Source of the DNA: Patescibacteria group bacterium
GTDB lineage: Bacteria; Patescibacteriota; Patescibacteriia; 2-01-FULL-39-33
Direction: 5' to 3'
DNA length: 32,000 nt
NCBI GenBank assembly: GCA_041662745.1
Contig: JBAZRV010000002.1
Location: forward strand, 180,001 to 212,000
Shown here: piece by piece, positions 16,668-24,399 of the stretch
Layout of the letters: every line of letters starts with the position of its first letter
Position numbering within the stretch: position 1 is the stretch's first letter
Made by a program: the position numbers and the translations under genes
The notes under the pieces: model-generated
Databases searched by the model: none
Told to the model about the DNA's origin: nothing
What the model saw: only the letters and a program-made list of their open reading frames with translations

Positions 16668-18155
16668 ATGCGTATTGCAGCGATTTCCGTTGGTTTGCAA
16701 GGGCATGGGCATAACCTCGCCTTTGCTCCAAACGCCATTGTTACAGTGGCAGCCGCTGTTCAGCGGGTTTTTGGAGATAAAGTCCAGATACGTGTTTTCG
16801 ACGAAGTTTTGTTTGGTCACGATCAGCTCAAAGAGCTATTGAGTGTGTTTACTCCGAATGTTCTTTTTGTGAGTGTTCCGGTAACTGGTTATTATTATTC
16901 AGCACTGGACATTTACAATTGGGCAAAAGAGCATGCCATTCCAGTGTTGACTGGAGGGTACCACTTTAATATTCCAGACGTCGATTACCATGGGAATCAA
17001 GTTTATCCTGGAGTAATCGCCCGTCTAGCCACAGAGCGAGAAGTGTTTGTCTGCTATGCTGACGGGGAATCAACAGCAGTCGGATTTGTTGAACACCTCT
17101 TTAATCCTAATCATCGCAAGCTCGCTTCAGTTCCAAATCTCTGTTATGTAGAGGCGGGTCAGCTCATTGTCACGCCACGGCAAGAAAATACCCTTGGTAC
17201 GCAAGCATACCCAAATTTGCCACTGGAGTCGTTCGATCCCCGTGCTTATTGGGGCTCGCTATCAAAGAGTGATGTCCATGCCAGCGGAAAGGACTTAATT
17301 GGTAACGTTCCAATTGGACGTACAATCGTCGGAGCCAAGATTGTGGAGGGGTGCACTTATCGCCGAGTGAGGTTGAGCCAAGGAAAGGAAGCATGCTCTT
17401 ACTGCACATTGACTAGCCCCTGCCACGCGTCCTCAGGTCAGAGTTTTTGGCGTATTACTCAAGAAATGTATGACTATGTCGAGAGTATATCTTGGTCTGG
17501 AGATCAGGGAGTTCGTTGCTATCAAATTGGAGATGATATGGGTAGCGATATCCCTCTCATTAAATCAATTTGGGAATCGCGACCACCATGGGCTAACGAG
17601 GTTCCTCTCGGTCATCGTGTATATGCTTGGCATGTTCTTGGAGAAGACCAAGCAAGAATGCTATACGACATTGGTGTTCGATGGATTTATCTCGGTGGCG
17701 ATGGGAAAAGGGGGTTTACGAACGAGTGGTCGGTAAGACATCCACTTGTTCGGACTCTGGAGAATTGCCGTAAGCACGGCCTACGAGCAAGCATTGGCTT
17801 TGTTCTCGGTCAACGAAATCAGGATTGGCATGATATTGAGAAATGGTCCAAATTCAGTCAGCGATTGGCCGCAGAATATGGGGATTCTCTCATTATCGTC
17901 GACGGCTGGGTGAATGTGCTTGCTCCTGGTTCTCCGGATTGGGCGGTTTTGTGTCAGTATGAACCAAGTTTTGGGAATACGGATTGCCCTGATTTGGAGA
18001 AGGCCCGCATGGTTTTCTGGCAACAGTGCACAAAACTCTGCGATCATCAGAACCCCGAAGATATCCGTCGGTTGCTGTATGAATGGGTGCCACAGTTTGA
18101 AAACGACATGAATAGGCATCCTGGCGTCCAGCGTAGTTTCATGTTGCGACCGTAA
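16668..18155 (+). CDS. B12-binding-domain / radical-SAM-like enzyme with atypical Cys motif (495 aa)
   Basis: The N-terminal Rossmann-like segment (MRIAAISV...LFVSVPVTGYYYSALDIYNWAKEHAIPVLTGGYHFN) resembles class-B radical SAM B12-binding domains. The core is EGCTYRRVRLSQGKEACSYCTLTSPC, followed by ...FWRITQEMYDYVESI...YQIGDDMGSD, as in radical SAM barrels. Family assignment is by motif pattern only. Confidence 0.55.
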   Translation: MRIAAISVGLQGHGHNLAFAPNAIVTVAAAVQRVFGDKVQIRVFDEVLFGHDQLKELLSVFTPNVLFVSVPVTGYYYSALDIYNWAKEHAIPVLTGGYHFNIPDVDYHGNQVYPGVIARLATEREVFVCYADGESTAVGFVEHLFNPNHRKLASVPNLCYVEAGQLIVTPRQENTLGTQAYPNLPLESFDPRAYWGSLSKSDVHASGKDLIGNVPIGRTIVGAKIVEGCTYRRVRLSQGKEACSYCTLTSPCHASSGQSFWRITQEMYDYVESISWSGDQGVRCYQIGDDMGSDIPLIKSIWESRPPWANEVPLGHRVYAWHVLGEDQARMLYDIGVRWIYLGGDGKRGFTNEWSVRHPLVRTLENCRKHGLRASIGFVLGQRNQDWHDIEKWSKFSQRLAAEYGDSLIIVDGWVNVLAPGSPDWAVLCQYEPSFGNTDCPDLEKARMVFWQQCTKLCDHQNPEDIRRLLYEWVPQFENDMNRHPGVQRSFMLRP

Positions 18156-18172
18156 CGGGAAGTGTTTTTATT

Positions 18173-18212
18173 TAGTGGTGTTGTGCCTCGCATGACACCA
18201 CTTTTCTTTTTT
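18173..18212 (+). terminator. Intrinsic terminator after the 495-aa gene
   Basis: An 8-bp stem, agtggtgt (18173-18180) / acaccact (18195-18202), then a tttt c tttttt tract. Confidence 0.65.
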
Positions 18213-18408
18213 ATTAATTTTTCAAAGAGCTAAAAAAATTTGCCGCCAAATCCAGTAAATTTTTCAATAAATCAGCTCTTGAAAAATTTACTGAAATGAG
18301 TTATGATTAACTCATTGAAAAACTGGAAATTGCCGTAAATCAGAATTAGGATTGGGTTTCGTCGGGAGGAAAATCTGCGTCCGCCGTTGGCGGACAGCCA
18401 AAATGCGT
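18201..18408 (+). repeat. Intergenic repeat element, copy 1 (part A 18201-18279, 68-nt copy-specific insert, 61-nt core 18348-18408)
   Basis: It aligns with 19011-19150. The core aggattgggtttcgtcgggaggaaaatctgcgtccgccgttggcggacagccaaaatgcgt differs from copy 2 at 8 positions, none of which breaks a stem of the two predicted hairpins (5 are wobble or compensatory changes within stems, 3 are unpaired). Confidence 0.8.
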
Positions 18409-18429
18409 TCGAGCTATCTTTAAGATACA

Positions 18430-18449
18430 GCACCAGAAAGGAATAGTCA
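18430..18449 (+). repeat. Direct repeat copy 2, candidate attR
   Basis: gcaccagaaaggaatagtca is identical to 16367-16386. Confidence 0.85.
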
Positions 18450-18474
18450 TTCTTTACAATAAAAGGAGATGGTC

Positions 18475-18912
18475 ATGGCTCAAATTAAGGTGATAGCTTT
18501 TGATGTTTACGGAACCATTCTCTGTTCTGATGACCATGAAAATATTTTGCCGCCACGGTCGGGTTTTACGGAATTCATTTTGCATGCTAAGGATTTGAGA
18601 ATTAAAACCGTTACCAGCTCTGATTCCGATTTGACTAACATGCAATTGGATTTAGCCGCCACCTTTAACGGCGTAGCACCTTTTGGTTTAGAAATATTTG
18701 ACGGTTTTTTCAGGCTTGCCATGTACCCCAAGGTTTACCAACAGATTTTGCGATTTTTTGGCATTAAAGATGAGGAATTATTGGTAATCGGCGATGATTA
18801 TGCTAAGGATTTATCGCAGGCGCCTTTGCAGGCCCATAAAATCTTAGTTCCGAACTATAAGATTGTCGCCGATGGATTTAGTTTTTCTCAAGTAGTTATT
18901 TCCGACCTTTAA
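18475..18912 (+). CDS. Small HAD-superfamily hydrolase (DxYGT type, no obvious cap domain)
   Basis: Motif I is IAFDVYGTIL (a DxYGT variant, as in type II haloacid dehalogenase-like HADs). A Ser/Thr motif VTSSDS and motif IV VIGDDYAKD are present. AGGAG (18464-18468) favours the ATG at 18475 over 18469. Confidence 0.6.
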   Translation: MAQIKVIAFDVYGTILCSDDHENILPPRSGFTEFILHAKDLRIKTVTSSDSDLTNMQLDLAATFNGVAPFGLEIFDGFFRLAMYPKVYQQILRFFGIKDEELLVIGDDYAKDLSQAPLQAHKILVPNYKIVADGFSFSQVVISDL

Positions 18913-18942
18913 CATTCGCCCTCACAAAGCGGATGTTTTTTT
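18912..18942 (+). terminator. Intrinsic terminator after the HAD gene
   Basis: Stem acattcgc (18912-18919) / gcggatgt (18929-18936) with one G-U pair, and a T-run at 18936-18942. Confidence 0.65.
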
Positions 18943-19010
18943 GTTATTGATCTTTGACACAACAACCAAGGAAAGGGAAAAGCCATGAAAACTATCGCTA
19001 TCATGCGGGG

Positions 19011-19150
19011 CTTTTCTTTTTCTTAAATTTTCAAAAGTTAAAAGAATTTGCCGCCAAACCCAATAAATTTTTCAAAAGATAGCCCTATCAGGATTGGATT
19101 TCGTCGGGAAGAAAATCTGTGTTCGCTTGTAGCGGACAGCCAAAATGCGT
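19011..19150 (+). repeat. Intergenic repeat element, copy 2 (part A 19011-19086, core 19090-19150)
   Basis: It aligns with 18201-18408 minus the 68-nt insert. The core is aggattggatttcgtcgggaagaaaatctgtgttcgcttgtagcggacagccaaaatgcgt. Confidence 0.8.
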
Positions 19151-19157
19151 ATTTTAA

Positions 19158-19187
19158 AACTCCAACCGGAAACAGTTGGAGTTTTTC
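19158..19187. terminator. Bidirectional intrinsic terminator
   Basis: A 9-bp stem, aactccaac (19158-19166) / gttggagtt (19175-19183), with a T-run at 19182-19186 on plus and a TTTT run on minus. It abuts the stop of the minus-strand deacetylase gene. Confidence 0.7.
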
Positions 19188-19880
19188 TTAATGTACTTCA
19201 ATGCCGCAAGGCAGTTTCACTCCCGGTTGCAACAGTTCGTTGACGGTGGCAAAAGTGAATCCGCGTTCTTTCAAGCCCTGAATTATTTTCGGCAGGGCTT
19301 CGGCGGCGTTGCTATGGATGTCATGAAACAGTATGATATCGTTCGGTCTGGCCAAGGTTACGATTTGTTGCGTCAGCCTGGAGGCGGGATAACCGCGCCA
19401 ATCATTTGAAGCCAATGTCCAAGTAATCATCTGTAACCCCAGCCGTTTCGCCAGCCGGTCAATTCGCGCATTATGGCTGCCATAAGGAGGCCTGATGAAT
19501 CGCACTGCCGTTTTATCGCCGATAATTTTTTGCGCTCCGGCCATCTGTCCCAGCACTTTCTCGTCGCCAAGGGAAGTTAGCCGGCGATGAGATAGCGTAT
19601 GGTTGCCGATCTCGTGACCAGCCTCAATTTCCTGCTTGATCAGCTCTTCGTGTTTTCGGGCTTCCAAACCGATGACAAAAAAAGTCGCCCGAATCTGGTA
19701 TTGTTTGAGGGTTGCCAGTATCAGCGGCGTTATTTTGGCGTTAGGCCCGTCATCAAAAGTCAAAGCGATCAATTTAATTTTCGGCTGGCTGGCCGAAACT
19801 GCCGAGGAGACAGAAGGGATGGTCGGCGCAGAAACATGAAAAACCAAGCAAAGGACCGCGGCAATCAGTGAAAGGCTCAT
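19188..19880 (-). CDS. Secreted polysaccharide deacetylase (NodB homology domain, CE4)
   Basis: Signal peptide, then LTFDDGPN (motif 1), HEIGNHTLSH (motif 2), RPPYG (motif 3) and ILFHD. Confidence 0.87.
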   Translation of the reverse strand: MSLSLIAAVLCLVFHVSAPTIPSVSSAVSASQPKIKLIALTFDDGPNAKITPLILATLKQYQIRATFFVIGLEARKHEELIKQEIEAGHEIGNHTLSHRRLTSLGDEKVLGQMAGAQKIIGDKTAVRFIRPPYGSHNARIDRLAKRLGLQMITWTLASNDWRGYPASRLTQQIVTLARPNDIILFHDIHSNAAEALPKIIQGLKERGFTFATVNELLQPGVKLPCGIEVH

Positions 19881-20025
19881 TTTTTTCTCCTTAGTTGTTT
19901 AAACCGGATAAAAAGAACTTGTTGATAATTGATTATAGCATTGATTGGGGATAATGTCAAACGGCAAAGCCAATAATCATTTGTATTTTCTTGCATGTTT
20001 GATGTAAAATGAAGACATTAAAAAT

Positions 20026-21138
20026 ATGCCCAAAATCGCTTTAATCCACGATCATTTGGTGCAGGACGGGGGCGCTGAGCAAGTATTGAAGGTGCTTAAG
20101 GAAATGTTTCCTGAAGCGCCGATATTCACTATTGTCGCGGACAAAACCAAGACTAACGGTTATTTTGCAAATAAGGAAATAAAGACTTCCTTTTTGCAAT
20201 CGTTTCCTTGGGGCGTGAAAAAATACCAGTGGTATCTGCCATTTATGCCCGCCGCCATTGAAAGCCATGATCTGCGCGGTTATGATCTGGTGATCTCCTC
20301 GGCCTCATCCTTTGCCAAGGGAGTTATTACGCATCCGGGCACGACCCATATCTGTTATTGCCATACGCCGACGCGCTATTTGTGGCATGACACCCAGAAT
20401 TATCTGGATGAACTTAAAGTCATTGCGCCGATTAAGAAATTCTTGCCTTTGACCTTGCGTCAGTTGCGTACTTGGGATCGTTTGGCCGTTAATCGCGTGG
20501 ATTATTTCATCGCCAATTCACAAACCGTGGCCGGCAGAATCAAAAAATATTATCAGCGCAACAGCCAGGTGATTTATCCGCCAGTGGATATGGCGCAGTT
20601 CGCGATCTCCGACAGACCGAAAAAATATTTTTTGGCCGGCGGACGCTTGGTGCCTTACAAAAGATTTGATTTGGCGGTGTTGGCTTTTTCTCGCCTGGGC
20701 ATACCGCTTAAAATTTTTGGCTTGGGACCGGAGTTGAGGCGCTTAAAATCGTTAGCTAAGCCGAATGTGGAATTTTTAGGCAAAGTAAATGATGAAGCCA
20801 AGGGCGAGCTGTATGCCAATTGTTTAGCTTATCTTAATCCGCAAGAAGAGGATTTTGGCATTACGGCGATTGAAGCCATGGCTTCGGGTCGGCCGGTCAT
20901 TGCCTATAATCGGGGCGGCGCCACCGAAACTATTGAGCCCGGTTTGAGCGGAGAATTCTTTGACGAACAGATTTGGGAGGATCTGGCCGATATGGTAATC
21001 CGTTTTCAGCCGGAGAAATACGACCCCTTGGCTATCCGTCGCCATGCCGAGCGTTTTTCTACCGAAAGATTCAAAAAGCAGATGGGGGAATTAATCAGCG
21101 CCGTAACGGACAAAGAATTTAAGACCCATGATTTATGA
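20026..21138 (+). CDS. Glycosyltransferase family 4 (GT-B fold)
   Basis: The C-terminal EX7E region is EEDFGITAIEAMASGRPVIAYNRGGATETI. The N-terminus IALIHDHLVQDGGAEQV is typical of GT4. Confidence 0.8.
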   Translation: MPKIALIHDHLVQDGGAEQVLKVLKEMFPEAPIFTIVADKTKTNGYFANKEIKTSFLQSFPWGVKKYQWYLPFMPAAIESHDLRGYDLVISSASSFAKGVITHPGTTHICYCHTPTRYLWHDTQNYLDELKVIAPIKKFLPLTLRQLRTWDRLAVNRVDYFIANSQTVAGRIKKYYQRNSQVIYPPVDMAQFAISDRPKKYFLAGGRLVPYKRFDLAVLAFSRLGIPLKIFGLGPELRRLKSLAKPNVEFLGKVNDEAKGELYANCLAYLNPQEEDFGITAIEAMASGRPVIAYNRGGATETIEPGLSGEFFDEQIWEDLADMVIRFQPEKYDPLAIRRHAERFSTERFKKQMGELISAVTDKEFKTHDL

Positions 21139-22229
21139 AGATAATCTTTGACGGCCGTTGCCTGTTGGACGCGAAATATTCCGGTGTTTCCTGGTATGCC
21201 CATAATTTGTCGCAACGTTTGCGCTCGGCGGGTAATCGCCACAATTGGCTGTTATTTGCCAATTCAGCCAAGCCGGCGGACTTGTCGGATTTGGGTTATC
21301 AGACAAAGATTTTTCATTACCCCAATAAATTATTGAATCTGTCTTTGGGTTTTACCGGTCAGCCGCAATTGGATAAGCTGTGCGGCGGAGCGGAAGCGTT
21401 CTTTGCTCCGAATCTTAATTTTATTTCCGTTTCCGCTTCCTGCCGATTGATTGTCGCCGTCCACGATTTGTCTTTTTTGGTTTATCCGGAGTTTTTTACG
21501 TTACGACAGCAATGGTGGCATAAGCTGATTCTGGCTTCAGGAGTATTGAATCGCGCCGATGCCATTATAGCCGATAGCGAAAATACCAAGCAGGATTTGA
21601 TTGATCTGTTGGCTGTGCCGGCCGAAAAGATTAAAACCGTTTATTTGGGGGCGGGGGAGGAGTACCGACAAGAAATTCCGGCTGAGGAATTAAAGGCGAT
21701 AAAAGAAAAATATAATTTACCGGATAAATTTTTGCTGTTTGTTTCTTCGCTGGAACCGCGGAAGAATTTGGCTGGTGTTTTAAGGGGTTTAGATAAATTG
21801 CCCGAAAGCCGATTGGTTATTGCCGGCGCCGGCGGCTGGAAAAATCAGCAAGAACTAAAGGCGATTAAAAGCAATGAAAGGATAAAAATGATCGGTTATG
21901 TGCCGGAAGCGGATAAGCCGGCCTTATACCGGCTGGCGCGCGCCTTGGTTTACCCGTCATTTTATGAAGGATTCGGCTTGCCTATTTTGGAGGCCATGGC
22001 CTCAGGTTGTCCGGTCATTGCCGGCAATAACTCATCACAGGGCGAGGTTTTGGCTGATTGCGGCCTACTGGTTGATCCTTATGATCTAAACAGCATCGCC
22101 GAAGCCATGTCGGAATTGTGGCGGGATAATGGATTGGGCGCAGAATTTTCCAGTCGCGGTCGCGAGCGAGCCAAGATGTTTAATTGGGATAAAACAGCGG
22201 AAGAGACATTAAAAAACATCGTTGCTTAA
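21135..22229 (+). CDS. Glycosyltransferase family 4
   Basis: YEGFGLPILEAMASGCPVIAGNNSSQGEVL. An ATGA start/stop overlap with the upstream GT4 gene suggests translational coupling. Confidence 0.8.
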   Translation: MKIIFDGRCLLDAKYSGVSWYAHNLSQRLRSAGNRHNWLLFANSAKPADLSDLGYQTKIFHYPNKLLNLSLGFTGQPQLDKLCGGAEAFFAPNLNFISVSASCRLIVAVHDLSFLVYPEFFTLRQQWWHKLILASGVLNRADAIIADSENTKQDLIDLLAVPAEKIKTVYLGAGEEYRQEIPAEELKAIKEKYNLPDKFLLFVSSLEPRKNLAGVLRGLDKLPESRLVIAGAGGWKNQQELKAIKSNERIKMIGYVPEADKPALYRLARALVYPSFYEGFGLPILEAMASGCPVIAGNNSSQGEVLADCGLLVDPYDLNSIAEAMSELWRDNGLGAEFSSRGRERAKMFNWDKTAEETLKNIVA

Positions 22230-22265
22230 TGTTTAACCGATCGCCTCACGCAAATATATAAAATA

Positions 22266-22300
22266 AAAACACCCGCCCGAGCAGAAGGCCCAGGCGGGGA
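22266..22300 (-). terminator. Minus-strand intrinsic terminator for the inserted two-gene module
   Basis: A GC stem, ccccgcc/ggcggg (22272-22277 pairs with 22293-22298), is followed on the minus strand by tgtttttatttt. Confidence 0.5.
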
Positions 22301-22329
22301 GTAAAGTACTGTTTTTACGGGTGCCGGTG

Positions 22330-22659
22330 TTAGCGCCGATTCGGCGTATCACCCTGAACGCGGATTTTCCAGATGTCTCTCGGCGGATACGAGTAGACAT
22401 CAACTTTGGCGGGGTTGCCACCTGCATTGAATGCTCGGCAACTGAATGCGTAGCAGGCGAACCCCCGGTCATCTGCCTGCCATCCTTGGTCCTCAATTTC
22501 CGGGGAAATAAAGCCGTATCCCCGAAGAATATGCTTGGCTTTTTCTTCGTCGTTGTACTGCCCCCCTGTGAGGTAGCAGCTCAGGATGACGGCGCTCACA
22601 ATCAGCGCAAGGCAAAGACAAATAGCATTCCAATTTGGTTTATCATGCATCTCTTGCAT
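22330..22659 (-). CDS. Hypothetical small membrane-anchored protein (109 aa, 4 Cys in ectodomain)
   Basis: N-terminal TM helix (AICLCLALIVSAVILSCYL), then a soluble region with CYAFSC. A GAGAGGAAA-type SD lies upstream. The gene overlaps the upstream gene by 58 nt. Confidence 0.5.
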   Translation of the reverse strand: MQEMHDKPNWNAICLCLALIVSAVILSCYLTGGQYNDEEKAKHILRGYGFISPEIEDQGWQADDRGFACYAFSCRAFNAGGNPAKVDVYSYPPRDIWKIRVQGDTPNRR

Positions 22660-23048
22660 CTCTTGTTTTCCTCTCTGTTTCTGGCATCGTTTCTGGTATC
22701 GCTCGCGTCTTCGCCATAGGAAGCGAAAACAATCTCGTGTCGAGGCTGTTGTAAGGAAGGGATTTCTTCCACAGCCTCGTTGATTGCTTCGCGCAGATCA
22801 TGGCGAACCTTTTGACGTTTCAAGCGCGTCGAAAATTTTCCGTAATCACCAAGGTCAAAATGCCTATGCGAGGGTACGTTTTCGCCGTCACGTTTGCCTT
22901 TCAGGATTTTGCGACGACCGCCGGGCAGACGAATCGTAAGCCGTTTCCGCCTTGGCGGTTTCTGGTGCCCCAGATCCGGCACTTCTGGCGGAGCCGCCAT
23001 AAGTTCGCACCAAAGATCCCACCAGCTTTCCTTGGTTTCTAAAGGCAT
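22602..23048 (-). CDS. Hypothetical highly basic protein (148 aa)
   Basis: AAGGAG lies 6 nt upstream of the ATG at 23048, with a consensus promoter further upstream. The protein is Arg/Lys-rich (PPRRKRLTIRLPGGRRKILKGKRD...RLKRQKVRHDLREAI). I recognise no family. Confidence 0.5.
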   Translation of the reverse strand: MPLETKESWWDLWCELMAAPPEVPDLGHQKPPRRKRLTIRLPGGRRKILKGKRDGENVPSHRHFDLGDYGKFSTRLKRQKVRHDLREAINEAVEEIPSLQQPRHEIVFASYGEDASDTRNDARNREENKRCKRCMINQIGMLFVFALR

Positions 23049-23114
23049 TACATACTCCTTAAGTTGTTAATGTCCACGCCTATCTCCAAAAAATTACAAA
23101 AACTACATTATATA

Positions 23115-23143
23115 ATTATAGCACACCTAAAATATTTTGTCAA
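23115..23143 (-). promoter_or_regulatory. Consensus sigma70 promoter with extended -10 (minus strand)
   Basis: On the minus strand: TTGACA (23143-23138), 17 nt, TGcTATAAT (23123-23115). A perfect DnaA-box 9-mer (23149-23157) lies 5 nt upstream of the -35. Confidence 0.6.
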
Positions 23144-23148
23144 GTACT

Positions 23149-23157
23149 TTATCCACA
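23149..23157. promoter_or_regulatory. Perfect DnaA-box-like 9-mer TTATCCACA
   Basis: Exact match, intergenic, adjacent to the minus-strand promoter. Confidence 0.3.
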
Positions 23158-23231
23158 AGCATGGTTTATTATATACAAAATGTCTAAAATTAGGTAAAAT
23201 ATAATAGCCAATACAACAACTTAATAACAAT

Positions 23232-24353
23232 ATGAAAATATTAATAGACGCCCGCCTTTATGGCACCAAACATGCCGGTATCGGCCGTTATACTCAAGAG
23301 TTGATCAAGAATTTAGAAACCGCGGATAAGGAAAATCAATATGTCATCCTATTGCAACGGCAGAATTACGATGAATATCAGCCGCAGAATCCCAACTTCA
23401 AAAAATATCGCGCCGATTTTAAAGTCTACGGTTTTTTTGAACAGATTCTTCTGCCGTTTTTGATTTATTCCCACCGGCCGGATTTGGTTCATTTTCCCCA
23501 TTTTAACGTGCCGTTGTTTTTCTTCGGCCGTTATATCGTGACTATCCATGATTTGATTGTCAGCCATTACCCGTCCAGCCGAGCTACCACGCTTCATCCG
23601 CTGATGTATAATTTCAAACTCTTAGCGTATCAATTGGTGATTTCCCGGGCGGCGAAACGCGCCGGAAAAATTATCGCCGTTTCCCGCTACACCAAAGATG
23701 ATCTTGTGAGACTGCTGAAAATTCGGCCGGAAAAAATCGCGGTGATTTACGAGGGAACGGACTTACCGCGTTTGTCGCCGGTTTCTTGTCCGTTATTATT
23801 TGAGAGACTGGGCATCAAGCAGAATTTTTTGCTGTATGTCGGTTCGGCCTATCCGCATAAGAATTTAGAAAAACTGATTGAAGCGTTTGAAATTGTTTTA
23901 AGGCAACAAGCCGATTGGCAATTGGTTTTGGCCGGCAAAGAGAGTTTTTTCTATGAACGTTTAAGCGAGGGAATAAAAAAAGAGTTGAAAGGCAAGGTAA
24001 TCTTGCCCGGCTATTTGACGGATGAAGAATTAGTCTGTTTATACGCTAAGGCGCGCCTGTATGTTTTTCCGTCGTTAATGGAAGGATTCGGCCTGCCGCC
24101 GCTGGAAGCCCAGAGTTACGGCTTGCCCGTGGTTTCAGCAAACTCCAGTTGCCTGCCGGAAATCTTGGCTGATTCGGCGGTTTATTTTGATCCTAAAAAT
24201 TCTCAAGACATGGCGGATAAGATCGTCTCGGTTTTGACTGACGCTGACCGGCGCAAGCAATTGGCTGACAAAGGCCAAGAAAACAGCAAACGTTTTTCTT
24301 GGGAAAAGATGGCGAAGGAGGTTATTGGTTTGTATAATTCAATAATCGGATAG
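23232..24353 (+). CDS. Glycosyltransferase family 4
   Basis: MEGFGLPPLEAQSYGLPVVSANSSCLPEIL (EX7E region). The N-terminus MKILIDARLYGTKHAGIGRY is typical of GT4 mannosyltransferase-like enzymes. Confidence 0.8.
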   Translation: MKILIDARLYGTKHAGIGRYTQELIKNLETADKENQYVILLQRQNYDEYQPQNPNFKKYRADFKVYGFFEQILLPFLIYSHRPDLVHFPHFNVPLFFFGRYIVTIHDLIVSHYPSSRATTLHPLMYNFKLLAYQLVISRAAKRAGKIIAVSRYTKDDLVRLLKIRPEKIAVIYEGTDLPRLSPVSCPLLFERLGIKQNFLLYVGSAYPHKNLEKLIEAFEIVLRQQADWQLVLAGKESFFYERLSEGIKKELKGKVILPGYLTDEELVCLYAKARLYVFPSLMEGFGLPPLEAQSYGLPVVSANSSCLPEILADSAVYFDPKNSQDMADKIVSVLTDADRRKQLADKGQENSKRFSWEKMAKEVIGLYNSIIG

Positions 24354-24399
24354 ATAAGTTATTTATTAAAACACCGGCAGTAATTATCGGTCGCTAAGG

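Noticed and set aside
18404-18436. gcgttcgagc...cagcacca upstream of and within the second direct repeat, as a degenerate tRNA 3' half (it shares gttcgag with the tRNA T-loop)
   Set aside because: No T-stem or acceptor pairing can be drawn. Only the 20-bp repeat is solid. It may be a very decayed remnant, but I cannot support calling it a tRNA fragment.
18201-19150. The repeat pair as a CRISPR array, integron attC sites or a DGR template/variable repeat pair
   Set aside because: There are only two long (140-200 nt) copies separated by a gene, so it is not a CRISPR array. No integron integrase or attI is present, and the copies lack the R''/R' core symmetry I would expect of attC. The differences are not adenine-specific and no reverse transcriptase is present, so it is not a DGR.
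22233-22719. Plus-strand 132-aa ORF (22321-22719) and minus-strand 87-aa ORF (22233-22496) overlapping the 109-aa gene
   Set aside because: The promoter, SD and terminator orientation all support minus-strand transcription of the 148-aa and 109-aa frames. The 87-aa frame runs through the terminator hairpin, and the 132-aa frame lacks start signals.
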